64,000 nucleotides of DNA from Rhodomicrobiaceae bacterium (GCA_965247345.1 CBDFGZ010000028.1:5435-69434); one strand, 5' to 3'. Shown: positions 9,768 through 18,522, counted from the stretch's first letter. Notes: generated by a model from the sequence alone, not told the origin. Numbers and translations are program-made.

Positions 9768-10115
9768 ATGGCTAAGGACACGCATAAGGACAAGGACAAA
9801 GAAGCGTCGCACAAAGACTCTTCGCACAAGGATTCCGCACACAAGGACACGTCGCATAAGGAAATGGCTGCTAAAGACAGTTCAGCAAAATCCGGATCCC
9901 ACGACTCGCATCCGTCGCATGAGCATCACATGAAGGCGGCTGAGCACCATCAGCACGCGATGAGCCATCATAAAGAGGCGGCAACGCATACGGCCTCCGG
10001 TCATCATGAAAAGGCGGCTCATCACGCGCACACGGCACATGCTCACACGCTTCACGCAACCCATCACGGGAATGAAGCCGCAAAGCATCACGCGACATCG
10101 CATAAGAAGAGCTAA
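9768..10115 (+). CDS. Histidine-rich low-complexity protein (hypothetical)
   Basis: 115 aa with about 29 His. N-terminal SHKD-type pentapeptide repeats and C-terminal HH-x2-A-x3-HH periodicity. GGAG lies 8 nt upstream of the ATG. Confidence 0.6.
   Translation: MAKDTHKDKDKEASHKDSSHKDSAHKDTSHKEMAAKDSSAKSGSHDSHPSHEHHMKAAEHHQHAMSHHKEAATHTASGHHEKAAHHAHTAHAHTLHATHHGNEAAKHHATSHKKS
9807..9866 (+). repeat. Four in-frame 15-bp tandem repeats inside the His-rich ORF
   Basis: tcgcacaaagactct / tcgcacaaggattcc / gcacacaaggacacg / tcgcataaggaaatg, encoding SHKDS-SHKDS-AHKDT-SHKEM. Confidence 0.85.
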
Positions 10116-10128
10116 GTCTTCCAATCAT

Positions 10129-10168
10129 ACCGGCATCGCAGGTCACCGCGCTGCCGGTCTCATTTTGC
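10129..10168. terminator. Hairpin between convergent genes (weak terminator candidate)
   Basis: ACCGGCA (10129-10135) / TGCCGGT (10152-10158) with a 16-nt loop, followed by CTCATTTTG. Abuts the stop codon of the minus-strand oxidoreductase. Confidence 0.3.
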
Positions 10169-11287
10169 GTTCGCGAGCAGCGCACTGTTTGTAATGCGGG
10201 TTACGGTCGCAGTCGCTTTCAGGATACTCGGGATCAGATACGCGGCGGCCATCGCTAAACGCTGACCCGACGGGTTGACGAGAATTTTGGAAATCGTTGT
10301 CGCTCGACCGACTTGGCGGCCTACATCCTTTTCCAGTGCCCGGTGATATTCGGTAGCAATACCGCCATTTAGGTAGGCGCGGGATGCAAGCTGAGCGCTG
10401 TGAAGCGCGATAGACATGCCGTCGCCGGAAAACGACGGAATGACCGCAGCCTGGTCGCCCAATCGCCAAAGACCATCCGGACCGGGCGCGCGATTGACGT
10501 AGCCATAGGGCAAACCGGTGATGGCCAGAGGTCTACCCTGTTGTACAATCGCCATACGCAGTCGCGCCCTCAGGTGAGGACACGCAACAATCATGTCTGC
10601 GATCAGCCGGTCGTAGGTTTTATATCGACCTGCGAACACGCTTTGCCTCACAAGAAGACATAAGTTGGCAAAACCCCCTTCAATCAATTGCAGTCCCGCA
10701 TACCCGCCAGGAAATAGAATCAGTTCCACGTGATCGCGAAGCGCGTCGGTTTGCTCGTCTGCAAGCCGCCAGTAGGATTTCAGACCGATGAGATCGTTTT
10801 GCGTGCCCGGTGGGCGCTTCCACCCTCTCAGATCATGCTTACCGGTCGCCAGAAAAGCGTCCGGAGCATCATATTCCGAACCGTCGCCTGTGACGACAGT
10901 CCAGCCGCCATCCGACTGCGTGAGTTCTTTTACCCGGGTATCTCGATGGACCTCCACCCCGGCCTTGACTGCGAGATCAAGCAGACTGTTATCAAGACAA
11001 CGGCGGGAGAGACTTCGCGCCGTGAACGGCAACGGGTATGTCACGGGCGCTCCGTCATTGACGATACGCACGTTTGAGATTGAAACGCTGTTCAAGTTCC
11101 CGAACGACACGCCAAGGCGGTCGAGATAGCTTATGCCCTCACGACTGATGAATTCGCCGCAGACCTTATCGTGGGGACCGGTTTCGCGCTCAAGCAGGAC
11201 AACGCGCCGACCGGCGCGCGCCAACTGAATGCCCACCGCGGTGCCAGCAACGCCGCCTCCCACGACGATTGCGTCATATCTGATCAT
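10160..11287 (-). CDS. FAD-dependent oxidoreductase/monooxygenase (SrsC-like, geranylgeranyl-reductase-type fold)
   Basis: YDAIVVGGGVAGTAVGIQLARAGRRVVLLE dinucleotide-binding motif followed by KVCGEFIS. Third gene of the type III PKS operon, 3 nt after the methyltransferase stop. Confidence 0.8.
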   Translation of the reverse strand: MIRYDAIVVGGGVAGTAVGIQLARAGRRVVLLERETGPHDKVCGEFISREGISYLDRLGVSFGNLNSVSISNVRIVNDGAPVTYPLPFTARSLSRRCLDNSLLDLAVKAGVEVHRDTRVKELTQSDGGWTVVTGDGSEYDAPDAFLATGKHDLRGWKRPPGTQNDLIGLKSYWRLADEQTDALRDHVELILFPGGYAGLQLIEGGFANLCLLVRQSVFAGRYKTYDRLIADMIVACPHLRARLRMAIVQQGRPLAITGLPYGYVNRAPGPDGLWRLGDQAAVIPSFSGDGMSIALHSAQLASRAYLNGGIATEYHRALEKDVGRQVGRATTISKILVNPSGQRLAMAAAYLIPSILKATATVTRITNSALLANAK

Positions 11288-11290
11288 GGC

Positions 11291-12010
11291 TCAAACTTTG
11301 ATGCGTGAAACGCTAAGGCGAAACGGCATCCATTTTTCGATTGCGACCGCTTCTCTCGCTAAACCGGCCTCACGCAAAAGTCGTTCCCAATCATAATATG
11401 TAAACGCGCTCGCAACCGAGACGGGGCCGTCGTGTCGCATGAACCGATGGCGGCGCGTTGCCCAAAATCCAATCTGCAAGGCGCGGTATGAAAGCCAATG
11501 CCGTTCAAGATCATTGATGATCCACCCGATACGGCTGTGCTCTTCCATCCAGTTGATAAAGCGCACTACATCCCCGTCGCGCAGATGATGCGTAAACAAC
11601 GAACTCATCACGATGTCGGTGTCGGCGGGGGGCCGGTATTCGAACACATTGGCCGTGACCCAACGTAATGGTCGCTTTGCCGCCGTTGCTTCCTCTGCGG
11701 CCCGCGCCGACCATGGGTTCATATCCACGCCGACGATATCGACCGCAATGCCGCGCCTTGAAGCCCACGCGTCGATCTTGCGTGACATATCGCCGTAACC
11801 GCTTCCGACATCGACGATTCTCACCCGTGAGCCGCTGGAAAGGCGACCCCGGCCGGCAAGCTTGTCGAAGAACGCCATCGTGGGACGGTATGCGAGCGAC
11901 AGCCGGTTCGCCTGCTCCAACTGCATCAGACAGCCACGGAACTCCGGGTAATCGACGGCCTCGATGTCCATGAGTTCCGGTGTCGTATCCCGGCGGGAAA
12001 AATCCGGCAT
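11291..12010 (-). CDS. SAM-dependent methyltransferase (SrsB-like)
   Basis: VDVGSGYGD motif I. The ATG at 12010-12008 lies 2 nt after the PKS stop (TAG-CA-ATG). The longer track ORF to 12256 would overlap the PKS by 244 nt and is rejected. Confidence 0.8.
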   Translation of the reverse strand: MPDFSRRDTTPELMDIEAVDYPEFRGCLMQLEQANRLSLAYRPTMAFFDKLAGRGRLSSGSRVRIVDVGSGYGDMSRKIDAWASRRGIAVDIVGVDMNPWSARAAEEATAAKRPLRWVTANVFEYRPPADTDIVMSSLFTHHLRDGDVVRFINWMEEHSRIGWIINDLERHWLSYRALQIGFWATRRHRFMRHDGPVSVASAFTYYDWERLLREAGLAREAVAIEKWMPFRLSVSRIKV

Positions 12011-12012
12011 TG

Positions 12013-13083
12013 CTATGCCGCCGTGTGGAACAGCATCGTCTCCGCGGTCAACCCCGGCCCAAAGGACATGGCACATCCCTTTTCGCCGAAGGTCCGGCTG
12101 TCGAGGAGGGATTTCAAAACGAACAGGATCGTCGCGGACGACATATTTCCGCAATTCCGCAGGACGTCGCGCGAAGCCTGAAGCGCGTTGGGGCTTAAAT
12201 TGAATGCGGTCTCGACCGCGTCGAGGATGGCACGCCCACCCGGATGCACGGCCCAAAGATCCATATCCTTTGGCGCAAGCCCACCGAGAATATCAAGCGA
12301 TTTGGCGTTCAAGGTCTCGGCCACCGATGCGGGAATACGGTTGGATAAAATCATGTCAAAGCCCTGATCGCGAATGAACCAGCCCATCTGATCGGAAGCC
12401 TCGGGCAGAACCGTCGCATAAAAGCTGTCAAGCCCCAGGCCGCGCTCGTCACCTGTGATCAATGCGGCCGCGCACCCATCCGCGAACAGGAGAAACGGCA
12501 TCATCTGCGTGAGATCGCTGGTTTCCTGAAAATGGAGCGAACACAATTCCACGCTGACCAGAAGCACCCGCGCCTTCGGCTCGGAGCGGACGATGTGCCG
12601 TGCGCACTTCAGTCCGTTGATGGCGGCATAACAGCCCATGAACCCGATAACCGTCCGCTCCACAGTAAGTTGCAAGCCGCAGCGATGGACGATCTCAAGA
12701 TCAACGCCTGGGGCGGCAAATCCTGTACAGGATGTTACGATAAGGTGCGTCACCCTCTTCGCATTATGTTCAAGGTTAAGATTGCCGACCGCCTGGGACG
12801 CAAGCGTTGGCGCATCCCGCTCATATTCCCGCATACGAACGCCCGTCGTCGGGAAATTGCCCGGTGCGTAAAAAATCTCCCCGTTGGAGGATGCGCTGGA
12901 ACAATCGGGCGCCGGGGTCAGAAAAGACCATCGGCGTTCGATTTGTCCCCGCTCCACAAGCTTGTCAAAAATCAACTGTTGGCGGTTGTCGGTCAGGAGC
13001 CGCCGCTCGAACTTGACGAAGGCATCGTGAACCTGATTCGGTGGGACAGCGGTGGCGATCTGATTGATATACGCGTTGGTCAA
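12013..13083 (-). CDS. Type III polyketide synthase (chalcone/stilbene synthase superfamily, alkylresorcinol/alkylpyrone-type)
   Basis: Cys-His-Asn triad contexts TSCTGFAAPG, WAVHPGGRAIL and GNMSSATILF. 356 aa. Confidence 0.92.
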   Translation of the reverse strand: MTNAYINQIATAVPPNQVHDAFVKFERRLLTDNRQQLIFDKLVERGQIERRWSFLTPAPDCSSASSNGEIFYAPGNFPTTGVRMREYERDAPTLASQAVGNLNLEHNAKRVTHLIVTSCTGFAAPGVDLEIVHRCGLQLTVERTVIGFMGCYAAINGLKCARHIVRSEPKARVLLVSVELCSLHFQETSDLTQMMPFLLFADGCAAALITGDERGLGLDSFYATVLPEASDQMGWFIRDQGFDMILSNRIPASVAETLNAKSLDILGGLAPKDMDLWAVHPGGRAILDAVETAFNLSPNALQASRDVLRNCGNMSSATILFVLKSLLDSRTFGEKGCAMSFGPGLTAETMLFHTAA

Positions 13084-13295
13084 TGAGTGCCTTTCGAGGT
13101 CGGAACAGGGTAACGCGTAAGGTCCGGGGGATCGGGTATCCTCATGTGTTTCATGATCTGCGCATGGCCCCCGTCATGCGCAGCAACACCGGCCGCAGTT
13201 TTAAGCATGAATACGGAAGCTGCCGGGCCAAGTTTCGTGACTATATCATTAAGACGGAATTCCACGTCCGGTTCCTCATCGATGACGGTTGCTTG

Positions 13296-14513
13296 ATGTC
13301 ACAAGGAACAGATCAAACCCGGCGGCGTTTGCAAACTGAAAACGCGCACCTTATTGCGGAAGTCATGCATCCTATCGTCATTACAATTCCAGCCCGAAAC
13401 GAAGAGGACCGCATTGGGGCCTGTTTGACTTCTATTGAGGAGGAGGCCAGGAATTACGACGGCGATGTGAAGGTTATCGTTTTTGCGAACAACTGCGCGG
13501 ATCAAACCGCGAGCCGTGCGGCGCACATGGCATCAAGGGCGGCAATCGACGTCCACGTGCACATTCAGCAATTTCCCCCTCACAGATCGAATGCAGGATG
13601 CGCGAGGGCAGCCGCATTTGCATTAGCCGCGTCGATGGCAAACAGCGCCAAGACCATTATTGTCTCGACCGATGCCGACAGCCGTCCGCAGCCGGGCTGG
13701 CTCGCGAAAATCAGCGGAGCCGTGAGCAAAGGTGCCGACGCGGTTGCGGGGGTCGTGGAGTTCGAGCCCGGGGAAACCGCGAATTTGCGGGTGCTGCCGG
13801 TACGCAGGCGCGAGGCTGAATATGCCGGATTACAGGCGCAACTTGTCGCGTGTCTTGATCCATTGGACCACGATCCATTTCCCAATCACATCTGGGCGTG
13901 GGGCGCGAATCTGGCTGTAACCCTCGATGCTTATCGTCGAGTGGGTGGCGTCCCACAGGTTGAGCTTGCGGAGGATCGCGCTTTCGTTACGCGGCTGGAG
14001 GCGTTCGACTGCAAGGTGCGCCACGATCCTGACGTTCGGGTCTGGACTTCCACCCGCACCGATGGTCGTGCGCCTGGGGGCCTCGCCGATCTTATATCTA
14101 TATACAGTCACGACCCGACCTACCCATGTGACGCTGCACTGATGCCCGTCAACAATCTTGTTCGTCATGCGCGGCTTAAGCGCAAATTTCGCCGAGCGTT
14201 TCACGACCGGACAAGATTTGTTTCACATCTCGCCGCAACCATGAATGTTTCCATTGATATAGCCGAAAAAGCGCTTGACCAGCCGTTTTTCGGTCAGGGA
14301 TGGGCGCTGCTGAGAGAGGAGTCGGCTTTGCTTCATGAGCAACGTTTATTTCCCATCGCTTTGGAAGCGGAACTGCACAAAATACGCCGCGCGCTGGCTT
14401 CGACGCTGAAGCATGAGACCGGTACAAACGTGAACGATAGCGCCAGTTTGTGGGCCGGGATTTCCGAGACTCGACCACGTTCGGCAACCATCAGCAGCAC
14501 GAAAGTTGAATAG
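13296..14513 (+). CDS. Glycosyltransferase family 2 with ~150-aa C-terminal extension
   Basis: VITIPARNEE, FANNCADQT and STDADS (DxD). The start could be the ATG at 13296 or at 13365. The track ORF from 13083 overlaps the divergent promoter region. Confidence 0.8.
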   Translation: MSQGTDQTRRRLQTENAHLIAEVMHPIVITIPARNEEDRIGACLTSIEEEARNYDGDVKVIVFANNCADQTASRAAHMASRAAIDVHVHIQQFPPHRSNAGCARAAAFALAASMANSAKTIIVSTDADSRPQPGWLAKISGAVSKGADAVAGVVEFEPGETANLRVLPVRRREAEYAGLQAQLVACLDPLDHDPFPNHIWAWGANLAVTLDAYRRVGGVPQVELAEDRAFVTRLEAFDCKVRHDPDVRVWTSTRTDGRAPGGLADLISIYSHDPTYPCDAALMPVNNLVRHARLKRKFRRAFHDRTRFVSHLAATMNVSIDIAEKALDQPFFGQGWALLREESALLHEQRLFPIALEAELHKIRRALASTLKHETGTNVNDSASLWAGISETRPRSATISSTKVE

Positions 14514-15672
14514 TTTGGACACATACTTTGCAAAAATTGAGGAATATCAGGGCGACAATGTTTTGCCGGGGGTATACTTAACTCAAATTGCAGATAATGC
14601 ATCGGTCCATGATCGTGAAGGAAGCTTTCCCGCAGGCGATATCGTGATGCTTTCAAAGCTCGGTATATTGAGGCGCACTGCGGTACTGGCAAACAGCTTT
14701 GCCACGGCCGAGATTCCGGAGACTGCGACAGTTGAACTGAAAAACCTGTTGCGAAGTCTCGGGTACGCGAACCTTAGCGTGGCGAGATTGTTTGAGGGGC
14801 ATTTCAACGCCCTGTTTCTCATCGCAAAATTCGGCTCGGAGGCCCAGTTTGCCCGAGCATTGCGCGATGCGGAACAAGGTCATCTTTTTGCGATCTGGAA
14901 TGCTGATGCGGCAAATGCCGTGCGGATCAGCAAAGCGCAACGTGAAATGGCGTTAACCGGAGCGAAGCGCTTTTGCTCCGGCGCGGGGTTCGTTAAACGT
15001 GCGCTTATCACCGCCGCCACTGATGAGGGAGGGCCATTGCTTGTTCTGGCGGAACTGGACACGCACACTAAAGTCGATCTCTCCACCTGGAAACCTCTCG
15101 GCATGCGGGCGTCGATGAGCGGCACCGTTGATTTCACCGGTGCGCCCAGCGCTCGCCTCACGATCATTGGACAACCCGGCGACTACACGCGCGAGCCATT
15201 CTTCTCGGGTGGTGCGTGGAGATTTCTTTCTGCGCAGTTGGGTGCGATAAACGCGCTTGCGGATTGCGTCCGAGAGGATTTGCATGCCACCGGGCGACAT
15301 CATGATCCCCTTCAGAACGCGCGGTTTGCCAAAACTCTGATCGCGGTGGAGACGGCGGAACTCTGGGTCGCGTCTGCCTCGAAGAAAGCGGAGGACAACC
15401 GACTGCCATCCGATCTCCGGATTGCCTATGTGGGACTGGCTCGCCATGCTGTGGAGCAAGCGAGTTACCTGGTGATGGAAACGTTGCAGCGATCTTTGGG
15501 GCTGAATGCACTCCTTCAGCCGCATCGCGCGGAGCGTATCATGCGCGATCTTTCCACCTACCTCAGGCAACCGGCACCGGACCGCGTTTTAGCGAATGCC
15601 GCGAGTTATGCGTTTGAGGCAGGCATCGCCGGTGTCCATTTATGGTCATCCCCAAATGCAGAACGACAGTGA
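14506..15672 (+). CDS. Acyl-CoA dehydrogenase-fold flavoprotein
   Basis: 388 aa with ACAD-like architecture (LFEGHFNA..., FCSGAG, MRASMSGTVDF, FFSGGAWRF). The TTG start overlaps the GT2 stop by 8 nt, so the exact start is uncertain. Confidence 0.7.
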   Translation: MNSLDTYFAKIEEYQGDNVLPGVYLTQIADNASVHDREGSFPAGDIVMLSKLGILRRTAVLANSFATAEIPETATVELKNLLRSLGYANLSVARLFEGHFNALFLIAKFGSEAQFARALRDAEQGHLFAIWNADAANAVRISKAQREMALTGAKRFCSGAGFVKRALITAATDEGGPLLVLAELDTHTKVDLSTWKPLGMRASMSGTVDFTGAPSARLTIIGQPGDYTREPFFSGGAWRFLSAQLGAINALADCVREDLHATGRHHDPLQNARFAKTLIAVETAELWVASASKKAEDNRLPSDLRIAYVGLARHAVEQASYLVMETLQRSLGLNALLQPHRAERIMRDLSTYLRQPAPDRVLANAASYAFEAGIAGVHLWSSPNAERQ

Positions 15673-16402
15673 TCTGAGGCGGGTGCAGTCGTTTCCCTAC
15701 TGCACGATTGAGGAGATTTGCGGTTCGTCCGGCCCGATCCTCGTGATGGCCCCCCACCCGGATGATGAAACGCTCGGCTGCGGTGGTCTGATGGCAGAAG
15801 CGCGGCAGCGAAAGCGCGAGGTGTACATTGCGGTTTTGACGGACGGTACTCAGTCCCATCCAAACTCCAAGGCCTATCCATCAGAACGCCTCGGTGAACT
15901 GAGACGGAGCGAATCCCGCGCGGCGGCCGTGGAACTGGGGTTAGACCCCGAGCGGATTGTATTTTTGGGGCTACAGGACGGTGGTGTTCCCCACGCGGGT
16001 TCAATTTTCAACAACGCGGTGGCGCGCATCGCCGATCTTTGTCTTGCGCGTAATGTTTCGGCGTTGTTCTGCACCTGGCGGCATGATCCCCACCCTGACC
16101 ACAAAGCCGCGTGGTCGATGGCTTTGGAAGTTCAGCAGCGCATTCCCAGCCTCAAGCTTTGGGCTTATCCCATCTGGGGATGGACACTCGATCATACGGA
16201 TGCCGCTGGCGCTGGAGCTACGAACGGGGTTCGTCTTAACATTTCGGGGCATTTACCTGCGAAGCGGCGCGCAATCTCGGGGCACGCCAGCCAGATCTCA
16301 GGTCTTATTCACGACGACTCGCAAGGCTTCAGGCTATCCGCAGAGGTGATTTCATTTTTCGAGCAGTCATTTGAGGTGTTTCTGAATGATGACAGAGACT
16401 AA
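15656..16402 (+). CDS. PIG-L / LmbE family de-N-acetylase
   Basis: VMAPHPDDETLGCGG zinc-site motif plus HPDH. The ATG at 15656 overlaps the upstream stop by 17 nt. Confidence 0.85.
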   Translation: MQNDSDLRRVQSFPYCTIEEICGSSGPILVMAPHPDDETLGCGGLMAEARQRKREVYIAVLTDGTQSHPNSKAYPSERLGELRRSESRAAAVELGLDPERIVFLGLQDGGVPHAGSIFNNAVARIADLCLARNVSALFCTWRHDPHPDHKAAWSMALEVQQRIPSLKLWAYPIWGWTLDHTDAAGAGATNGVRLNISGHLPAKRRAISGHASQISGLIHDDSQGFRLSAEVISFFEQSFEVFLNDDRD

Positions 16403-16976
16403 CCGCACCTTGTCTAAAGAGTATTTCGACAAGCTATATGATTCGTCCCGCGATCCGTGGCATTTTGAGACGAGCGACTACGAGCGCGAAAAATACCGGG
16501 AAACGCTGCAAGCTTTGCCCGATCCCCGGTATCGGTCGGCTTTTGAAGTCGGTTGCTCCATTGGTGTTCTCACGGCGTTGCTGGCCGCACGATGTGACCG
16601 CTTGCTGTCCGTGGACATTTCCACAAAGGCGCTCGAAACAGCAAAAGCCCGGTGCGCAAATCTTCCGCAGGTCTCGTTCGCGCAGATGGAAGTTCCAAAA
16701 GACTGGCCGACCGCACAGTTCGACCTCATCCTGCTGTCCGAGATGGTTTATTATCTTGACGATCTCGACGTCAACCGATTGGCAGAACGCGTCCGCCGAA
16801 GTCTTATTCCAGGCGGGGACTGCGTGCTTGTGCACTGGACGAAGCCCACGGAATATCCCCAAACCGGTGATGGTGCTGCAACGCTGTTCATCAAGGCCAT
16901 GGGAAATACAATAAAGGTGCTTAACCAACGGCGATTCGAAAGCTATCGCATCGATGTGCTGAAGCGGGTCCGGTGA
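16386..16976 (+). CDS. SAM-dependent methyltransferase, NodS-like
   Basis: DPWHFETSDYEREKY N-terminal box typical of NodS-family proteins and EVGCSIGVLT motif I. The start overlaps the deacetylase stop by 17 nt. Confidence 0.8.
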   Translation: MMTETNRTLSKEYFDKLYDSSRDPWHFETSDYEREKYRETLQALPDPRYRSAFEVGCSIGVLTALLAARCDRLLSVDISTKALETAKARCANLPQVSFAQMEVPKDWPTAQFDLILLSEMVYYLDDLDVNRLAERVRRSLIPGGDCVLVHWTKPTEYPQTGDGAATLFIKAMGNTIKVLNQRRFESYRIDVLKRVR

Positions 16977-17018
16977 TTGCTGCCCGCGCAAGACATGCAG
17001 CAGCAGTCGGCCCGCCGT

Positions 17019-17384
17019 TCAAAGCACATACCGGCAAAACATGCCGATTGCGTCGCGATGAATTTCCACCGATGCAAGCTTTGCAGATGTCATCGGACTC
17101 GTGCGGGCGGCAATCCAGGCTGCCAGAGTTTCCATACTGTACCCCATGCCGGGGATTTCGTTCATCAGTCTGCCGTCCGCGCTGGCTTTGATATCCGCTA
17201 TAATCTGCTGCACCTCACCCAGATCAACCGCGTACCCCGATACATGATCGGGAGCACCTTGGAAAATCAGCGCAACGCGGTAACTGTGTCCGTGAACGCG
17301 GCTGTTGGTATGGCCTGATGGCTCATGAACGGCGCTGTGCGCAAGATCGAGATGGAACGTAAAGCCAACTGTGACGCATGCCAT
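17019..17384 (-). CDS. 6-pyruvoyl-tetrahydropterin synthase / QueD family protein
   Basis: 121 aa with an HGHSY zinc motif and a T-fold-sized protein. The start shares 1 nt with the folB-like stop (TAATG). Confidence 0.75.
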   Translation of the reverse strand: MACVTVGFTFHLDLAHSAVHEPSGHTNSRVHGHSYRVALIFQGAPDHVSGYAVDLGEVQQIIADIKASADGRLMNEIPGMGYSMETLAAWIAARTSPMTSAKLASVEIHRDAIGMFCRYVL

Positions 17385-17767
17385 TACGATGATCCGTCGA
17401 ACGAACCTCGGTTTGCTGAAAGGGCGCAGCCCACCGACTTCGCATCCGGATAAACATCGAGTTTGCGGGTTTTGACGGACGCGGCCTGAATATGTTCATT
17501 TTTGAAGATTAGCGCGAGGATCGCAAGGCATAGCGCTTCCTGAGTGTTGAACCGTCGTTTTTCCAGAAGGTCCGAAATACCGGTGCGAATGAAATCGTAG
17601 TCCACGGTCTGGGTAATCGAGTCCTCGTTCGCTTCGAGGGAAAGGTTCACATCCACTTCGACATCGACGGACAGCCGCTGTTTGCGACCCACTTCGAAAT
17701 CGTGGATGCCAATGTCGGCCGCGACCTCGTAATCTTGCAGAAACAGTTTGAACGACGTGATTTGCAT
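17384..17767 (-). CDS. folB: Dihydroneopterin aldolase family protein (FolB/FolX-like)
   Basis: 127 aa T-fold protein: ADIGIHDFEVGRKQRLSVDVEV...VDYDFI. The start shares 1 nt with the SDR stop (TGATG). Confidence 0.7.
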   Translation of the reverse strand: MQITSFKLFLQDYEVAADIGIHDFEVGRKQRLSVDVEVDVNLSLEANEDSITQTVDYDFIRTGISDLLEKRRFNTQEALCLAILALIFKNEHIQAASVKTRKLDVYPDAKSVGCALSANRGSFDGSS

Positions 17768-18522
17768 CAGCTTTGACCGGGTTTGACGAACGCCACGTCG
17801 CGACCATGCGGGGCAAGATATTCGCCGCCGTCAATGGTTATAACCTGGCTTCGAAAAGATGGTGTGTTGAGAATAAAAAGGACAGCGCTGGCGACCTGTT
17901 CGGGCGTGCACCCTTGCTGTAGCGGATTGAGCACATGGGCTGCAACGAACTCGGCCTGCGTTTGATTGCCGCTGATCATCGTGATACCCGGCGCAATTCC
18001 GCATACGCGAATATGTGACGGTAGCGACTGCGCCAGCATCTGCGTCATGGCATGAAGCGCAACTTTGCTCACAGTGTAGGAGAAATAATCCGGGTTGATG
18101 GCGAAAACGCGATTGTCCAGCACATTGATCACGCAACCCGGCTCACTCCGTGCTTTCGCGTAAAGCTGGGCTAAATGCAACGGCGCGACCGCATTTACTG
18201 CCATGGCGCGCGCAACGCTCTCGTCGTCGGCGGTTTCCCATGTGTCGTAATCGAAACGAGACGCGCAGTTCACGATGGCGTCAAGCGAACCAGCGACCGC
18301 GATGGCGTCGCACATCAACTGGACACGGCTGCTTTTGCTTGCCAGGTCTGCTTGCAAGACCGACGCTCGCAGACCCTGCTGACGAAGCCCGGCCTGCAAA
18401 GCGAGCGCATCGTTCGCACTCGAATTGTAGTGGATGATGACATGCCAGCCATCTTGAGCGAGCGCCGTCGAGATCGCGGCCCCAACCCGCTTTGCGCCAC
18501 CGGTTACGAGAACAGCGCGCAT
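17767..18522 (-). CDS. Short-chain dehydrogenase/reductase, pteridine reductase-like
   Basis: MRAVLVTGGAKRVGAAIS (TGxxxRxG variant seen in PTR1/FolM-type enzymes) and YSYTVSK (YxxxK). The longer track ORF to 18672 overlaps nadK and is rejected. Confidence 0.75.
   Translation of the reverse strand: MRAVLVTGGAKRVGAAISTALAQDGWHVIIHYNSSANDALALQAGLRQQGLRASVLQADLASKSSRVQLMCDAIAVAGSLDAIVNCASRFDYDTWETADDESVARAMAVNAVAPLHLAQLYAKARSEPGCVINVLDNRVFAINPDYFSYTVSKVALHAMTQMLAQSLPSHIRVCGIAPGITMISGNQTQAEFVAAHVLNPLQQGCTPEQVASAVLFILNTPSFRSQVITIDGGEYLAPHGRDVAFVKPGQS

Noticed and set aside
12011-12256. Upstream extension of the methyltransferase ORF (track 11291-12256)
   Set aside because: It would overlap the 3-prime end of the type III PKS by ~244 nt. 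The internal ATG at 12010 gives a normal-length methyltransferase placed 2 nt after the PKS stop.
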